A stretch of DNA of 64,000 nucleotides from Azolla caroliniana (GCA_043228905.1 JBHGNT010000015.1:2976001-3040000); one strand, 5' to 3'. Shown: positions 1 to 11,931, numbered from the stretch's first letter. Numbers and translations: made by a program. Notes: generated from the sequence alone by a model not told the origin.

Positions 1-669
1 CTCGTGGAAGTCAAAACTTTAGGAGTGCACAACCACCTCAACGACCGAAGCGGAATATGTAGGTGCGTTCGACGCGGCAAAAGAAGCTTTATGGCTCGGT
101 CGGCTGGCGCACACGTTTCGACAGGTCGACCCTGACTCGGCTCTAGTTGTCTACAACGATAGTTTGGGTGTTGTTGTTTTGTCAAAAAAGTCGTAGATGG
201 AATGACCAGGTGTCTTTCGGTGGATCGTTTCCGGTCCCTTTGGCACCAGATGGGCGTAATGAAAAATCGGTCCGATTAAAGTCGGACACACAACACAGGA
301 TGGTTTCGGACCACCGACATCGGTTCTCTGAGGATCGGCTTCAGCTCTTCTGACCCGATTGGTTCGGTCCTCTGTCTTCGGATCTTGCCGACTCTGACAA
401 AACCGATCTGTCCAATAAACCTTGTATATATACTTGTAATTCTTTAGATAACCCATGTATACGCCCATTACGGGGGAGTGTCGAATATGAGTGTATAATG
501 GCCGTATTCACATTATCCCTTTGGACAGCCCAAGTTTGGGCCATTTCTGTAAATAGCATAAAGGGCAGTTGCCCTAGGATAGTCACTATATAAAGTGACT
601 TTGTAACCTTTAGTGAAGGTTGGTTGTCATTTGTAACAGTTGCTGTTGGAATACAACGTTTCCTTTGTG

Positions 670-725
<56 letters not shown>

Positions 726-811
726 TATGTCTATCTTGCTCATGCATACACAGGTTCTTCTTCATCACGAATGTTGCTTGCACTTCCGCATTGACGGCCT
801 TGTCCCCAACA
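1..811 (+). mobile_element. 3' end of a degenerate Ty1/Copia element: RNase H remnant, PPT (472-478) and 3' LTR (479-811)
   Basis: Frame 2 reads SWKSKL*ECTTTSTTEAEYVGAFDAAKEALWLGRL (Copia RNase H with a stop). GGGGGAG precedes TGTCGAATA...CCCAACA. The LTR resembles 54504-54821, which is followed by a Met PBS. Confidence 0.8.
670..721 (+). repeat. (CT)n microsatellite inside LTR
   Basis: Pure CT run. Confidence 0.95.
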
Positions 812-1012
812 CTCGATACCGTCTGAACCGGGTATGAGCCGAAGCAAACACCGGAGATCGTCCGAACCAGATATCAGCCGAAGCGGACATCCATCGAAAG
901 GAACCGACCTGAGTTGAGCTTGAGGGGGCATGTTGAGAATCAAGCTCAACATACCTTTTGAGAATCTATTATTACTCAAAGGTCAAGAGTCACACCACTA
1001 CTCTCTACACAT
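812..1012 (+). mobile_element. Copia family-B 3' UTR, PPT and first ~80 bp of an LTR (starts 931); the rest of this LTR resumes at 3236-3312
   Basis: Near-identical to 9600-9812 (ccgaagcggacatc...gcttgaggggg-TGTTGAGAATCAAGCTCAACA). Confidence 0.85.
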
Positions 1013-2295
1013 ACATCCTCCGGATTGAGGGCACTAGTTGAGGTAGAGGCCGACATAGAGTTTGCTCTATGTTTCATCATGAACATTCCACCACGGTCAG
1101 AGTTGTGTCCATACATTCCGCCACGATCTTCGTAGTCGGAGTTGTGCCCGTACATTCTGCTATACTCTTTGTAGTCAGAATTGTGCGCGTAATTTGTGAG
1201 TTGTTGGCTTGTGGAAGCCGATTCACGCATCTTCTTTCAACACTCTTCTTCGTGGTGGCCGAGCTTTCCGCAATATCCACATTCGAGTGCGTTTTGATGG
1301 CTCGGGCCGGAGTGGAAGCTCCTCCTTCTTGCGAAGGTTCCTCGTTGGCTTCCATTTTGCGGCCGAACTTGGGAGTTGTTGTCGTAGGTCGGAGCTCGTC
1401 TGCCTTGTCCTTGGCCGAATCGATCTCTCGCTTGTCCACGTCCTCTTCCTCCGTTGGAGTGCGTGTAGAGCATTTGGCCTTCCGAGGCATTGTTCCTTGT
1501 TCGAACATGATTCTCTTCAACCAACAACATGGATTGAAGATCGAAGAAGGAGGGAGGATTCTCCCGTGCTAGTACGACAGTCCGCATCGTGCTGAATCAT
1601 GGTGCAAGGCCGCCGAGGCATATTTGCACCATCTCATCATCGTCCACATTGACGCTTATCGAGCCGAGCGAGTCGCAAAGCTCCTTGATCTTCAAGGTGT
1701 AGCTTGTAATGGACATATCCCGTGGTTGAACATGATTCTCTTCAAACAACAACATGGATTGAAGATCGAAGGAGGGAGGATTCTCCCGTGCTAGTACGGC
1801 AGTCCGCATTGCGCCGAATCGTGGTGCAAGGCCGCCGAGGCATATTTGCACCATCTCATCATCGTCCACATTGACGCTTATTGAGCCAAGCGAGTCGCAA
1901 AGCTCCTTGATCTTCAAGGTGTAGCTTGTAATGGACATATCCCTTTCTTGAATGTTATTCAACTCTTGGCGAAGTTGAAGCTTTCTCGCAATCGTGTTGG
2001 CGGTGAAACTCTTTCGTAGATTCTCCCACGCTTGCTTCGGTGTCTCGGCTTCTTGAATGTAGTTGAGCATGTGGTTGTGAACACATGTCGCCAAGCAATA
2101 CATCACTCGGCTTGCCGCTTGCTCCCACGTTGCATAGTCGGCATCTTCCGGGTTGGGCCGATTTTCTTGTGCTCCTTTGATGTAGCTCCAATAACCTTTG
2201 CCGAAAAGGTATTGGTGCATCTTGTACTCCCAAGATGCAAAGTTGTTGCGATCCACCTTCTCGCTAGGGAGAGCGCTCCCCATTTGAGTATTCAT
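1010..2295 (-). pseudogene. gag: Copia B gag with zinc knuckle, disrupted; contains a ~222-bp tandem duplication
   Basis: MNTQMGSALPSEKVDRNNFASWEYKM..., CGYCGKLGHHEEEC knuckle. The block 1503-1721 recurs at 1728-1943. Confidence 0.85.
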
Positions 2296-2455
2296 TGTCG
2301 ATGTAGATTTCTTCCTTCTTTTCTTTTCCTTCTCTCTCGAACACGAGCTATGTAGTCGCACTACGATAGCGATGAACCGATTCTTCTTGAACGTCGGCGT
2401 AGAGCACAACACACGATCATGATGAGGCGAGTGGGCTAGATCGAGCTACCAAATC

Positions 2456-2467
2456 TCTTTGATACCA
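2456..2467 (-). promoter_or_regulatory. tRNA-iMet primer-binding site of Copia B
   Basis: Minus strand TGGTATCAAAGA directly after the LTR end. Confidence 0.8.
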
Positions 2468-2920
2468 TGTAAAGAATCGGATATTATTCTTGTGTAGCGG
2501 AAGAGATGTGTGTTATGTGTATGTGTGAGAGGAATTAGAGAAGAGAATAGAAACACAAGATAGATAAGCTAGAGAAATGAAATACTCAAGAAGAAGATGT
2601 ATATTCACAAGTAGAATGAGAAATGAAAATGTAGCATTACAAGGAGTCACAACCAACTTATTATGAAGTATGAGGAGGGTGCTTTATATAGGGTCACCCT
2701 CTATCTTCATTAACTTACAACAACCACTCTCTCTCTTGGGGAATGTGAAGACTCATTGTCATGGGGAATATGTAACTCATTGGTTATGTGTCATAGAATA
2801 TGATTCTATGACACATAGTTAATGTGTAGAGAGTAGTGGTGTGACTCTTGACCTTTGAGTAATCATAGATTCTCAAAGGTGTGTTCACACGTTGTGCTAT
2901 GTTGAGCTTGATTCTCAACA
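2468..2920 (-). mobile_element. Copia B 5' LTR (inverted relative to its 3' LTR)
   Basis: Reverse complement of 9714-10142 plus a 24-bp extra segment; TG..CA ends; flanked by CAATT. Confidence 0.9.
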
Positions 2921-3238
2921 CAATTATTTCGGCCAAATCGGCCACTGCGAGGAGCAATGCTGAAAAAGAAGAAACGAGTCGGCCTCCACAAGTCGACAAC
3001 TGACGAATTACGTCATCAACTCCGAATACGATGATTATGGCAGACTATTCGTAATGAGGCATAGAACGAACTCTATGTCGACCTCCAACTCCGCAAGCGC
3101 CTCCAACTCGAAAGACGTGTGGTTCGTCGATTCCGGCGCCTCACATCACATGACATCTCATGAAGAGTGGTTTTGTGATTTACGAATGCCGGATCGACCC
3201 GGCTTCATAAAGACGGGAGATGACACCACGCACCCCAT
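2921..3238 (+). pseudogene. Copia C zinc knuckle and protease fragment (continuation of gag at 10143-10920)
   Basis: Reads NYFGQIGHCEEQC*...VWFVDSGASHHMT. Joins in frame to ...RPATC of the minus-strand gag across the CAATT TSD. Confidence 0.8.
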
Positions 3239-3371
3239 GACTATGAGTCTTCACATTCCCTAAGAGAGAGTGCTTGTTGTAGTTAGTTAATGAAGAGAGG
3301 GTTTAGTTAATGAAGGTCAAGTCCCTCCTCTCTGGAAAATTCGAGATGACGGACATGAAGGAGCTCCATTA

Positions 3372-6300
3372 TGTTGGGATTACGGTCCCTTCGGATGGGA
3401 TGGTCGGATGTCGGAGATGAATGCCGACAATCCCGGTTTCGGTTTCGGATCCGGATGACGAAGACCCCGGCTTCGGTGCCGGATGACGAATGTACCCGGA
3501 GAGCGATCCGGATGCAGGGACATATCCGTGAATATGTTCGCTATGGGCCCCTGAGGCCACAGTTGTAAATAGCCCCAAAGTCATATGTGTATAAATATGA
3601 CTTAGGGCAAACAGTTTTAACGTTGCTACTCATTTTTCTGTTTTTCCACTCAAGAGGAGTGAAGAGAGAGCAGTCGTGAGAGAGAGAGAGAGATAGAGCG
3701 CGAGAGAGGAAGAGGTAGACGCCTCTGTGTATTTCCGCCGCTTGTGGCGAGGACAGCGAGCTCAAGGTCGTCGCCTTGCAGCTCGCCATTGTATACTTCT
3801 CTGTATAGTGTTGGTTTGGAGTCTTGTACTCCCGTGGTTTTTCCCGTCTAGGGTTTTCCACGTTAATCCCTGTGTGCTCGCGTTTTTTTTGTTTCTCCGT
3901 GTGGTTCCTATTTTCTGCTGCATTGATCCGCGATTAATCGGTTGTGGCCGAGTGGTGAAGGTGAATCTAGAAGTGTCGATTCCCAACAAACTGGTATCAG
4001 AGCGACTGCTGCAGAAAATGGAAGGCGGCGGCAGCGGGCAGCCGGGGATGATGGTGCTGAATGCACAGAATTACGCCGACTGGAAGATCAAGATGGAGGA
4101 TCTTCTGATTGTTCGGGACCTGTACGAATCGATTGACAGGTCGGAAATACCGAAAGGGGTACTTGAGTCGGAGTGGAAGCTCCTGAACCGGAAAGCCGTA
4201 GCGACGATCCGACAATATGTCGATGTAAGCGTCCTACAACATGTGGCAAACGACACCAACGCATATGAGATGTGGAAGAAGCTGTCGGGCCTCTACGAGA
4301 GGAAGAATGCGTTGAACCGGACCTCCCTGATGAGGAAGATAGTGAATCTCAAGTACCGGGACGGCGAGAGTATGGTGGAACACGTAAGCACGTTCATGGG
4401 ATTCGTGAATCAGCTTGCGGCGATCAAGTTCCCGTTGGAGGATGCAATGCAAGCCATCATCCTGATGTGTACATTGCCGGAAAGCTGGGAGAACTTGGTG
4501 GTGACTCTCAGCACCTCGTGCACCGAAGATAACTTGTCCTTACAAACGGTAAAGACAAGTATTCTGAATGAAGAAGCGCGTCGGAGAGATAAGGAACCGG
4601 TCTCCGACCCGAAGATGCTGTTTACCGAATCGGATCGGGGAAGACAATGGAACCGGAGTCCGCAAAGACGGGAGAAGTCGGGGACCCGGTCGCAGTCAAG
4701 AGGAAGGCCCACATGCTTCCACTGTGGGAAGCCGGGGCACTTCCGAAAGAATTGTCGGCATTACCGAAAAGACAATGGAACCGACAACACCGATTCGAAG
4801 AAGTCACCGGAGAGAAACGGTGCATACCGGGGAGCCATGGACCGGAATGGTTCGGATCGGCGAGGGCAGGACCGGAAAGGAACGACGGCACTCGCGGCAA
4901 GTGAAGAGGAGATCATGCTCATCACCGAAGAAGGTGAACTAAACATTGCCGGCGATGAGACGACCTGGGTGGTCGATTCCGGAGCATCGTTCCACCTGAC
5001 CCCGGAGAGAAGATACTTCTCATCCTACACAGCCGGCGAGCATGGCTGTGTTCGGATGGGAAATGAAGGTACGTGCCGGATTGCCGGCATCGGAGACGTG
5101 TGGTTGACAACCCCGACCGGATGCAAAATGCTGCTGAAGGATGTCCGACACGTTCCGGAGGTTCGATTGAACCTGATTTCGGCCGGGAGGCTAGACGATG
5201 AAGGCTACACAGGTAGCATCCGGAACGGCGTAATGAAGTTCAGCAAGGGGAACCTGATAGTGGCTCGGGCCCGGAAAGACAACACACTGTACCTGATGAA
5301 TGCCCGGTTATGTCCGGAAGAGTTGAATGTGGCAGCCGACACTGCCGGTGAGCTGTGGCACAAAAGACTGTGTCACATGAGTGAGAAGGGGATGAAGAGG
5401 CTTGCAGAAGACAACCTCATCCCAGTGAAGCATGTGCACCTGGAGAAGTGCACCGATTGCCTGGCCGGTAAGCAGAACCGAACCTCCTTCCACTCAAGGC
5501 CACCGACGAGACGTAGCGCACCATTGGAGTTGGTGCACACTGACGTGTGTCAGGTAGAGACGAAGTCACATGGCGGAGCCCAGTACTTCGTAACATTCAT
5601 CGATGATCACAGCCGGAAGCTGTGGACGGCACCGTTGAAGACAAAGGACCAAGTGTTGTGCGTCTTCAAAGAACTCCACGCGAGAGTGGAAAGGGAATCC
5701 GGCAAGAAGCTGAAAGCGATACGAGCGGATAACGGAGGGGAATACCGGGGGCAGTTCCAGGAGTACTGTCGCTCGAAGGGAATCCGACTCGAGTTTACTG
5801 TGCCGAAGACGCCGGAACTGAACGGGTTGGCCGAGAGGATGAACCGAACCATAATGGAGAGGGTCCGGAGTATGCTGGCGCATGCGAAATTACCCAAGGG
5901 GTTTTGGGCTGAGGCAATGTCGACGGCGACATACGTGATAAACAGATCACCCTCAGTACCTTTGGACGGAGACACGCCGCAGAAAGTGTGGACCGGTAAG
6001 GAAGTGTCCTACCGGCATCTGAAGGTGTTCGGGTGTCTCGCCTACGTGCATGTGGCAAAGGACCGGAGAGGAAAGCTAGATCCAAAGACCCGGCCATGCA
6101 TATTCCTCGGTTACGGCGATGACGAGTTCGGCTACCGAGTATGGGACCCGGTCGACAAGAAGATATTCAGGAGTCGAGACATCATCTTCATGGAGGACAA
6201 GACACTAGCCGACTGGGAGTCGGAGAAGAAGGTAAAGAGCTCCAAGTCGACCGGTGAGGATCAACTCTACAAGGAGCAGTCCCGACCGGCAAGGGACCGG

Positions 6301-8719
6301 TTAGCACTCGAGGATCCGGCCGAAGACGGTGAAGAAACAGAACCGGCCGAAGAAGATGAAAACGATACCGGAACCGGCCCCGATCCCGAAATGGATTCAG
6401 ATGAAGAAGAATCGGAAGAACCGGTTACCGAAGCTCCGGAACGGAGATATCCTCTAAGAGAGAGAAGGGCCCCCCGGAGATTTCCGGAACCAGAGCATGT
6501 GCTGCTAACCGACGAAGGGGAGCCGGAGAGCTTTGAAGAAGCAAAGCATGACACCCAGAGCCGCAGGTGGTTGAGTGCCATGCAGGACGAAATGGATTCC
6601 CTGCATGAGAACCACACATATGAACTTGTGGAGTTGCCGAAAGGAAAGCGGGAACTTCGAAACAAGTGGGTGTTCAAGCTGAAACCGAGAGATGCCGGAA
6701 ACCCCCCGAGATACAAAGCCAGGATCGTGGTGAAGGGGTTTCAGCAGAAGAAGGGCGTCGACTTCGACGAGATATTTGCCCCGGTAGTGAAGATGACCTC
6801 CATCCGGACGGTGCTGAGCATAGCGGCAAGCATGGACCTCGAGGTAGAACAGATGGACGTGAAGACGGCATTCCTTCACGGTGACCTCGATGAAGAGATC
6901 TACATGCAGCAACCGGAAGGATTCGAGAAGAAAGGGAAGGAGCACCTGGTATGCCGATTGAAGAAGAGCCTTTACGGACTGAAGCAGGCTCCCCGGCAAT
7001 GGTACCGGAAGTTCGACTCCTTCATGACCGATGAAGGGTACCTCAAAACGCAGTCCGACCACTGCGTATTTGTGAAGAAGTTCGAAGGAGGAGACTTTCT
7101 AATACTCCTCCTGTACGTGGACGACATGTTGATCGTCGGACGGGACCAGGTCAAGATACGGATGCTGAAGAAGGCTCTTCACCGAACCTTTTCAATGAAG
7201 GACCTGGGTCCGGCGAGACAAATACTAGGGATGCACATCATCCGGGACCGGAAGAAGAAGCAGTTGTGGCTGTCACAGGAGAAGTACGTGACGAAGGTGC
7301 TTCACCGGTTCAACATGTCGGAAGCAAGACCGGTCGGATCGACCCTCCCGGCAAACTGCAAGCTGTCCAGCAAGCAAAGTCCCAAGACAAAGGCTGAAAA
7401 GGAGGATATGATGAAAGTGCCGTATGCCTCAGCCGTCGGGAGCTTGATGTACGCCATGGTGTGTACGAGACCGGACATAGGATATGCAGTCGGAGTGGTG
7501 AGCCGGTACATGAGCAATCCCGGCAAAGAGCATTGGAACGCGGCCAAGTGGATACTCCGATACCTGAAGGGCACGGCAAACGTGTGCCTCCGATTCGGCT
7601 CCGGTAAGCCCGAACTCGACGGCTTCACCGATTCGGATATGTCGGCTGATGCAGATACCAGCCGGTCCACATCAGGGTATGTGATGACATATGCAGGGGG
7701 AGCTGTTTCGTGGCAGTCGAGGCTGCAGAAGACGGTTGCGTTGTCAACCACGGAGGCGGAGTACATGGCGGCTGTTGAAGCCGGCAAGGAAATAATATGG
7801 ATGAAGGACTTCATTGGAGAGCTCGGTATCCGGCAGGAGGAGTACCGACTCTACTGCGACAGTCAGAGTGCAATCCACCTTGCGAAGAACGCGGCCTATC
7901 ACTCCCGGACGAAGCACATCCAGCGAAGATATCACTGGATCCGGGAAAGGATAGAAGACAAGGAGTTCGTGCTGACAAAGATCCACACGGACGAGAACGG
8001 GTCGGATATGCTGACCAAGGTCCTCACACCCGACAAGCTGGAAGCATGCCGGAAGAGGATCGGATTGGAGAGACATCCCATGCCGAAGTGAAGGGGGAGT
8101 TTGTTGGGATTACGGTCCCTTCGGATGGGATGGTCGGATGTCGGAGATGAATGCCGACAATCCCGGTTTCGGTTTCGGATCCGGATGACGAAGACCCCGG
8201 CTTCGGTGCCGGATGACGAATGTACCCGGAGAGCGATCCGGATGCAGGGACATATCCGTGAATATGTTCGCTATGGGCCCCTGAGGCCACAGTTGTAAAT
8301 AGCCCCAAAGTCATATGTGTATAAATATGACTTAGGGCAAACAGTTTTAACGTTGCTACTCATTTTTCTGTTTTTCCACTCAAGAGGAGTGAAGAGAGAG
8401 CAGCCGTGAGAGAGAGAGAGAGATAGAGCGCGAGAGAGGAAGAGGTAGACGCCTCTGTGTATTTCCGCCGCCTGTGGCGAGGACAACGAGCTCAAGGTCG
8501 TCGCCTTGCAGCTCGCCATTGTATACTTCTCTGTATAGTGTTGGTTTGGAGTCTTGTACTCCCGTGGTTTTTCCCGTCTAGGGTTTTCCACGTTAATCCC
8601 TGTGTGCTCGCGTTTTTTTTTGTTTCTCCGTGTGGTTCCTATTTTCTGCTGCATTGATCCGCGATTAATCGGTTGTGGCCGAGTGGTGAAGGTGAATCTA
8701 GAAGTGTCGATTCCCAACA
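3372..8719 (+). mobile_element. Intact young Ty1/Copia LTR retrotransposon A (Tnt1/Tork-like by motif impression)
   Basis: LTRs 3372-3988 and 8102-8719 differ by 3 substitutions and 1 indel by eye. TG..CA ends, TSD CATTA (3367-3371 / 8720-8724), PBS TGGTATCAGAGC at 3992-4003, PPT GAAGGGGGAG at 8090-8099. Confidence 0.98.
4018..8091 (+). CDS. pol: Copia Gag-Pol polyprotein (Gag, CCHC knuckle, protease, integrase, RT, RNase H), ~1357 aa
   Basis: Uninterrupted ORF from the first ATG after the PBS. Motifs CFHCGKPGHFRKNC, WVVDSGASFH, LWHKRLCHMS, ELVHTDVC...ADNGGEY...NGLAERMN, YVDDM, ALSTTEAEY. Confidence 0.95.
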   Translation: MEGGGSGQPGMMVLNAQNYADWKIKMEDLLIVRDLYESIDRSEIPKGVLESEWKLLNRKAVATIRQYVDVSVLQHVANDTNAYEMWKKLSGLYERKNALNRTSLMRKIVNLKYRDGESMVEHVSTFMGFVNQLAAIKFPLEDAMQAIILMCTLPESWENLVVTLSTSCTEDNLSLQTVKTSILNEEARRRDKEPVSDPKMLFTESDRGRQWNRSPQRREKSGTRSQSRGRPTCFHCGKPGHFRKNCRHYRKDNGTDNTDSKKSPERNGAYRGAMDRNGSDRRGQDRKGTTALAASEEEIMLITEEGELNIAGDETTWVVDSGASFHLTPERRYFSSYTAGEHGCVRMGNEGTCRIAGIGDVWLTTPTGCKMLLKDVRHVPEVRLNLISAGRLDDEGYTGSIRNGVMKFSKGNLIVARARKDNTLYLMNARLCPEELNVAADTAGELWHKRLCHMSEKGMKRLAEDNLIPVKHVHLEKCTDCLAGKQNRTSFHSRPPTRRSAPLELVHTDVCQVETKSHGGAQYFVTFIDDHSRKLWTAPLKTKDQVLCVFKELHARVERESGKKLKAIRADNGGEYRGQFQEYCRSKGIRLEFTVPKTPELNGLAERMNRTIMERVRSMLAHAKLPKGFWAEAMSTATYVINRSPSVPLDGDTPQKVWTGKEVSYRHLKVFGCLAYVHVAKDRRGKLDPKTRPCIFLGYGDDEFGYRVWDPVDKKIFRSRDIIFMEDKTLADWESEKKVKSSKSTGEDQLYKEQSRPARDRLALEDPAEDGEETEPAEEDENDTGTGPDPEMDSDEEESEEPVTEAPERRYPLRERRAPRRFPEPEHVLLTDEGEPESFEEAKHDTQSRRWLSAMQDEMDSLHENHTYELVELPKGKRELRNKWVFKLKPRDAGNPPRYKARIVVKGFQQKKGVDFDEIFAPVVKMTSIRTVLSIAASMDLEVEQMDVKTAFLHGDLDEEIYMQQPEGFEKKGKEHLVCRLKKSLYGLKQAPRQWYRKFDSFMTDEGYLKTQSDHCVFVKKFEGGDFLILLLYVDDMLIVGRDQVKIRMLKKALHRTFSMKDLGPARQILGMHIIRDRKKKQLWLSQEKYVTKVLHRFNMSEARPVGSTLPANCKLSSKQSPKTKAEKEDMMKVPYASAVGSLMYAMVCTRPDIGYAVGVVSRYMSNPGKEHWNAAKWILRYLKGTANVCLRFGSGKPELDGFTDSDMSADADTSRSTSGYVMTYAGGAVSWQSRLQKTVALSTTEAEYMAAVEAGKEIIWMKDFIGELGIRQEEYRLYCDSQSAIHLAKNAAYHSRTKHIQRRYHWIRERIEDKEFVLTKIHTDENGSDMLTKVLTPDKLEACRKRIGLERHPMPK

Positions 8720-9713
8720 CATTATTTCCTTGGCATCGAAGTAATTCAGATTCAGTCCGGCATTATGATCTCTCAACGGCACTACATTCTCAACTTGTTA
8801 TACAAGTTCCAGATGACTGAGTGCAAATCGGTCGCTACGCCTCTCGATCGAAACCTGAAACTAGATGCTAACTCCGGCACAGATGAGTGCGAGCCGACCC
8901 AATATCGTCAACTGATCGGGAGCCTCATCTATCTCACGATCACTCGACCCGACCTTAACTATCCAGTTGGACTCCTCAGCCAATTCATGCAAAAACCACG
9001 TGACATTCACTTGGATTGCGCTAAGCGAGTATTACGATACGTGAGCGACACAATGGATTACGACGTTCTCTACGCATTGGCCACACCAATACGACTCGAA
9101 GGGTACACAGACACGGACTGGGCATGCTACAAAGTTGATCGACGATCGACCTCCGGATTTGTCTTTTTGCTCGGTAGCGAAGCAATATCTTGGAGTAGTA
9201 AGAAGCAGCCTACCGTCGCACTTTCGAGTTCGGAGGCCAAATATAGGGGAGCAACTATAGCTGCATGTGAGGCTGTATGGCTCAAGAGGATTTTGAAGGA
9301 TCTGGGCGTCCCCATCAAGGATCTGACTCCCATTTACTGTGACAACATGAGTACTATATATCTGGCTCGGAACCCAGTGTTCCATGCACGCACAAACCAT
9401 ATCGAAGTGCACTATCACTTCATTTGAGAGCGCGTACAAGCTAGAGATGTCAACCGTCAACACATCAACACGAATCTTCAGACGACCAACGTCTTCACCA
9501 AAACCTTAGGAGCCGACAAGCTTCGGCAATTCATGTTGGACCTTGGATTGAGAATCCTTGACTTGCCAAGCTTGAGGGGGAGTACAAAAGAGAATCAGAT
9601 ACTGTCCAAACCGGGTACGAGCCGAAGTAGACACCGGAGATCGTCCGAACCGGATACCAACCGAAGCGGACATCAATCAAAAGGAACCAACCCGAGATGA
9701 GCTTGAGGGGGCG

Positions 9714-10142
9714 TGTTGAGAATCAAGCTCAACATAGCACAACGTGTGAACACACCTTTGAGAATCTATTATTACTCAAAGGTCAAGAGTCACACCACTA
9801 CTCTCTACACATTAACTATGTGTCATAGAATCATATTCTATGACACATAACCAATGAGTCTTCACATTCCACAAGAGAGAGAGTGGTTGTTGTAAGTTAA
9901 TGAAGAGAGAGGGTGACTCTATATAAAGCACCCTCCTCATACTTCATACTAAGTTGGTTGTGACTCCTTGTAATGCTACATTTTCATTTCTCATTCTACT
10001 TGTGAATATACATCTTCTTCTTGAGTATTTCATTTCTCTAGCTTATCTATCTTGTGTTTCTATTCTCTTCTCTAATTCCTCTCACACATACACATAACAC
10101 ACATCTCTTCCGCTACACAAGAATAATATCCGATTCTTTACA
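9714..10142 (+). mobile_element. Copia B 3' LTR
   Basis: Preceded by PPT GAGGGGG; TGTTGAG..TTTACA; followed by AATTG (reverse complement of the CAATT flanking the 5' LTR). Confidence 0.9.
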
Positions 10143-10920
10143 AATTGCAAGTTGCAGGCCTCGTTTGCTGACCTTGTTCAGCGTGGAAGCTCCCCCTTAT
10201 TCTGAAGGTTCCTCGATGGCTTCTATGAAGGTTTGAGTTCCCTTCGTGTGATGGGCCAAATTGACCTCTTCTACCACCGTGACCTCCTCCTCGGCTACCG
10301 TTCAAATTCAAGAAGAACATTTGTCCTCCCGACGTCTTGCTTTTGGTTCGGACGTGGTTCTCTTCGACCAATATCATTGATTGGAGGTTGAAGAATAAAG
10401 GAGGGTTTTCTCTCGCCAAGATTTTCGTCCATAATGGATTGAATCGTTGTGCGAGGCCGCCCAAGCATACTTGAACCATCTCGTCTTCATTGACGTTTAT
10501 GTTGATGGAGCCAAGTGAGTCGTAAATGCTCTTGATCTTGCTGGTGTAGTCTGACACAAACATATCTTCTTGCCGGATGTTGTTAAAATCTTGTCGGAGT
10601 TGAAGCATTCGGGCAGTCGTGTTGGCGGCGAAAATTTTCTTTAAATTTGCCCACGCCTCTTTAGGCATCTTGGCGTCTCGAATGTGGCTAAGCATGTGGT
10701 CTTGGACACATGTAGCTAAGCAATACATTACCCGACTCGCTCCTTGCTCCCACGTTGGGTAGTTGGCGTTTGTGATGTCGGGCTTGTTTTCAAGTGCGTC
10801 GTTAATGTAGCTCCAATACCCTTGGCCGACGAGGTATTGGGTCATCTTGTACTCCCAAGATGAATAATTGCTCTGGTCTAGCTTTTCACTAGGGAGCGAG
10901 CTACCCATTTGTGTGTTCAT
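10143..10920 (-). pseudogene. gag: Copia C gag, interrupted by element B
   Basis: MNTQMGSSLPSEKLDQSNYSSWEYK..., paralogous to B gag; PBS TGGTATCAAAGC at 11076-11087. Confidence 0.85.
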
Positions 10921-11087
10921 GTTGATTAGTGTCTTCTCTTTTGGCTTTTCTTTCGTTGATCACGTATACGTGGTACGTAGTGACACTAGGGTAGCGGATA
11001 GCCGGAATTTGTCGTCGGCGTTTCGAACACACAATTATGAAGTCGGGTGGGTTTAGTAGATTTTCTAAACCACACGCTTTGATACCA

Positions 11088-11192
11088 TGTTAAGAATTAG
11101 GTAAGTAATTAAGCAAGGATTAATTAGTACCTAGTTATGTGATTAGTTGATAAGCCGAAGATTATGTGATATGTGTGTGTATGTGTGTGAGA

Positions 11193-11270
<78 letters not shown>

Positions 11271-11282
11271 CACTTATGAACA
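11088..11282 (-). mobile_element. Copia C 5' LTR, PBS-proximal part, with a long (GA)n tract at 11197-11268
   Basis: Adjacent to the PBS; interrupted at AACA by the TIR element. Confidence 0.75.
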
Positions 11283-11417
11283 GGGTCGAAGCATGCTACA
11301 GTGTACCATCTTTTGGCCAAAACTTTAGTACTAATTCCATGTGGAGGAAAAACTTCAAAATGTAAAAATAAATCTAGTATTTGGGTTTAAAAAGTTGATC
11401 ACTTGTCTTAAAATTAA

Positions 11418-11596
11418 AAGTCACATTCAATGAAAATAGAATTCAAATACAAATAAACATCACTTGTGTTAAAATCCTAGGTAATGTTGTAAGGAGGTCT
11501 TAACTATATAAGATCTTGAGTTGTCACTCAATCATCCGGCCTGTCTCTCTTGGCAATTTACAAGTTTATGTTGAACTGTCACTTAGTTAGTATGTT

Positions 11597-11631
<35 letters not shown>

Positions 11632-11854
11632 ACTTGGTAATTCCCTAGTTTCGTACCTCTTCTCTCTCCAGTATTAAGTCATATTCAATGAAAATAGAAT
11701 TCAAATACAAATAAACATCACTTGTGTTAAAATCCTAGGTAATGTTGTAAGGAGGTCTTAACTATATAAGACCTCGAGTCGTCAGTCAATCATGCACTCT
11801 GTCTCTCTTGGCAATTTACAAGTTTATGTCGAACTGTCATTTAGTTAGTCTGTT

Positions 11855-11893
<39 letters not shown>

Positions 11894-11931
11894 ACACTTG
11901 GTAATTCCCTAGGTTCGTACCTCTTCTCTCT
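11418..11931. repeat. Subterminal tandem duplication (2 x ~258 bp) with (CT)n tracts
   Basis: aagtca(c/t)attcaatgaaaatagaattc...cgtacctcttctctc occurs at ~11418 and ~11676. Confidence 0.9.

Larger units (their letters stand above)
3313..9582 (+). pseudogene. pol: Copia B RT/RNase H remnant (3313-3371 and 8720-9582), split by element A
   Basis: KVKSLLSGKFEMTDMKELHY|FLGIEVIQ reads through the CATTA TSD. LIYLTITRPDL, SWSSKKQPTVALSS, CDNMS..NPVFHART; stop at 9425-9427. Confidence 0.85.

Noticed and set aside
3727-4017. Hydrophobic 97-aa N-terminal extension of the 1454-aa ORF (env-like or signal peptide?)
   Set aside because: It starts at a GTG inside the LTR, crosses the PBS, and is frameshifted in the 3' LTR copy; the real start is probably ATG 4018.
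4200-8100. Numerous antisense and overlapping ORFs across element A
   Set aside because: Expected shadows of a GC-rich coding strand; no independent motifs.
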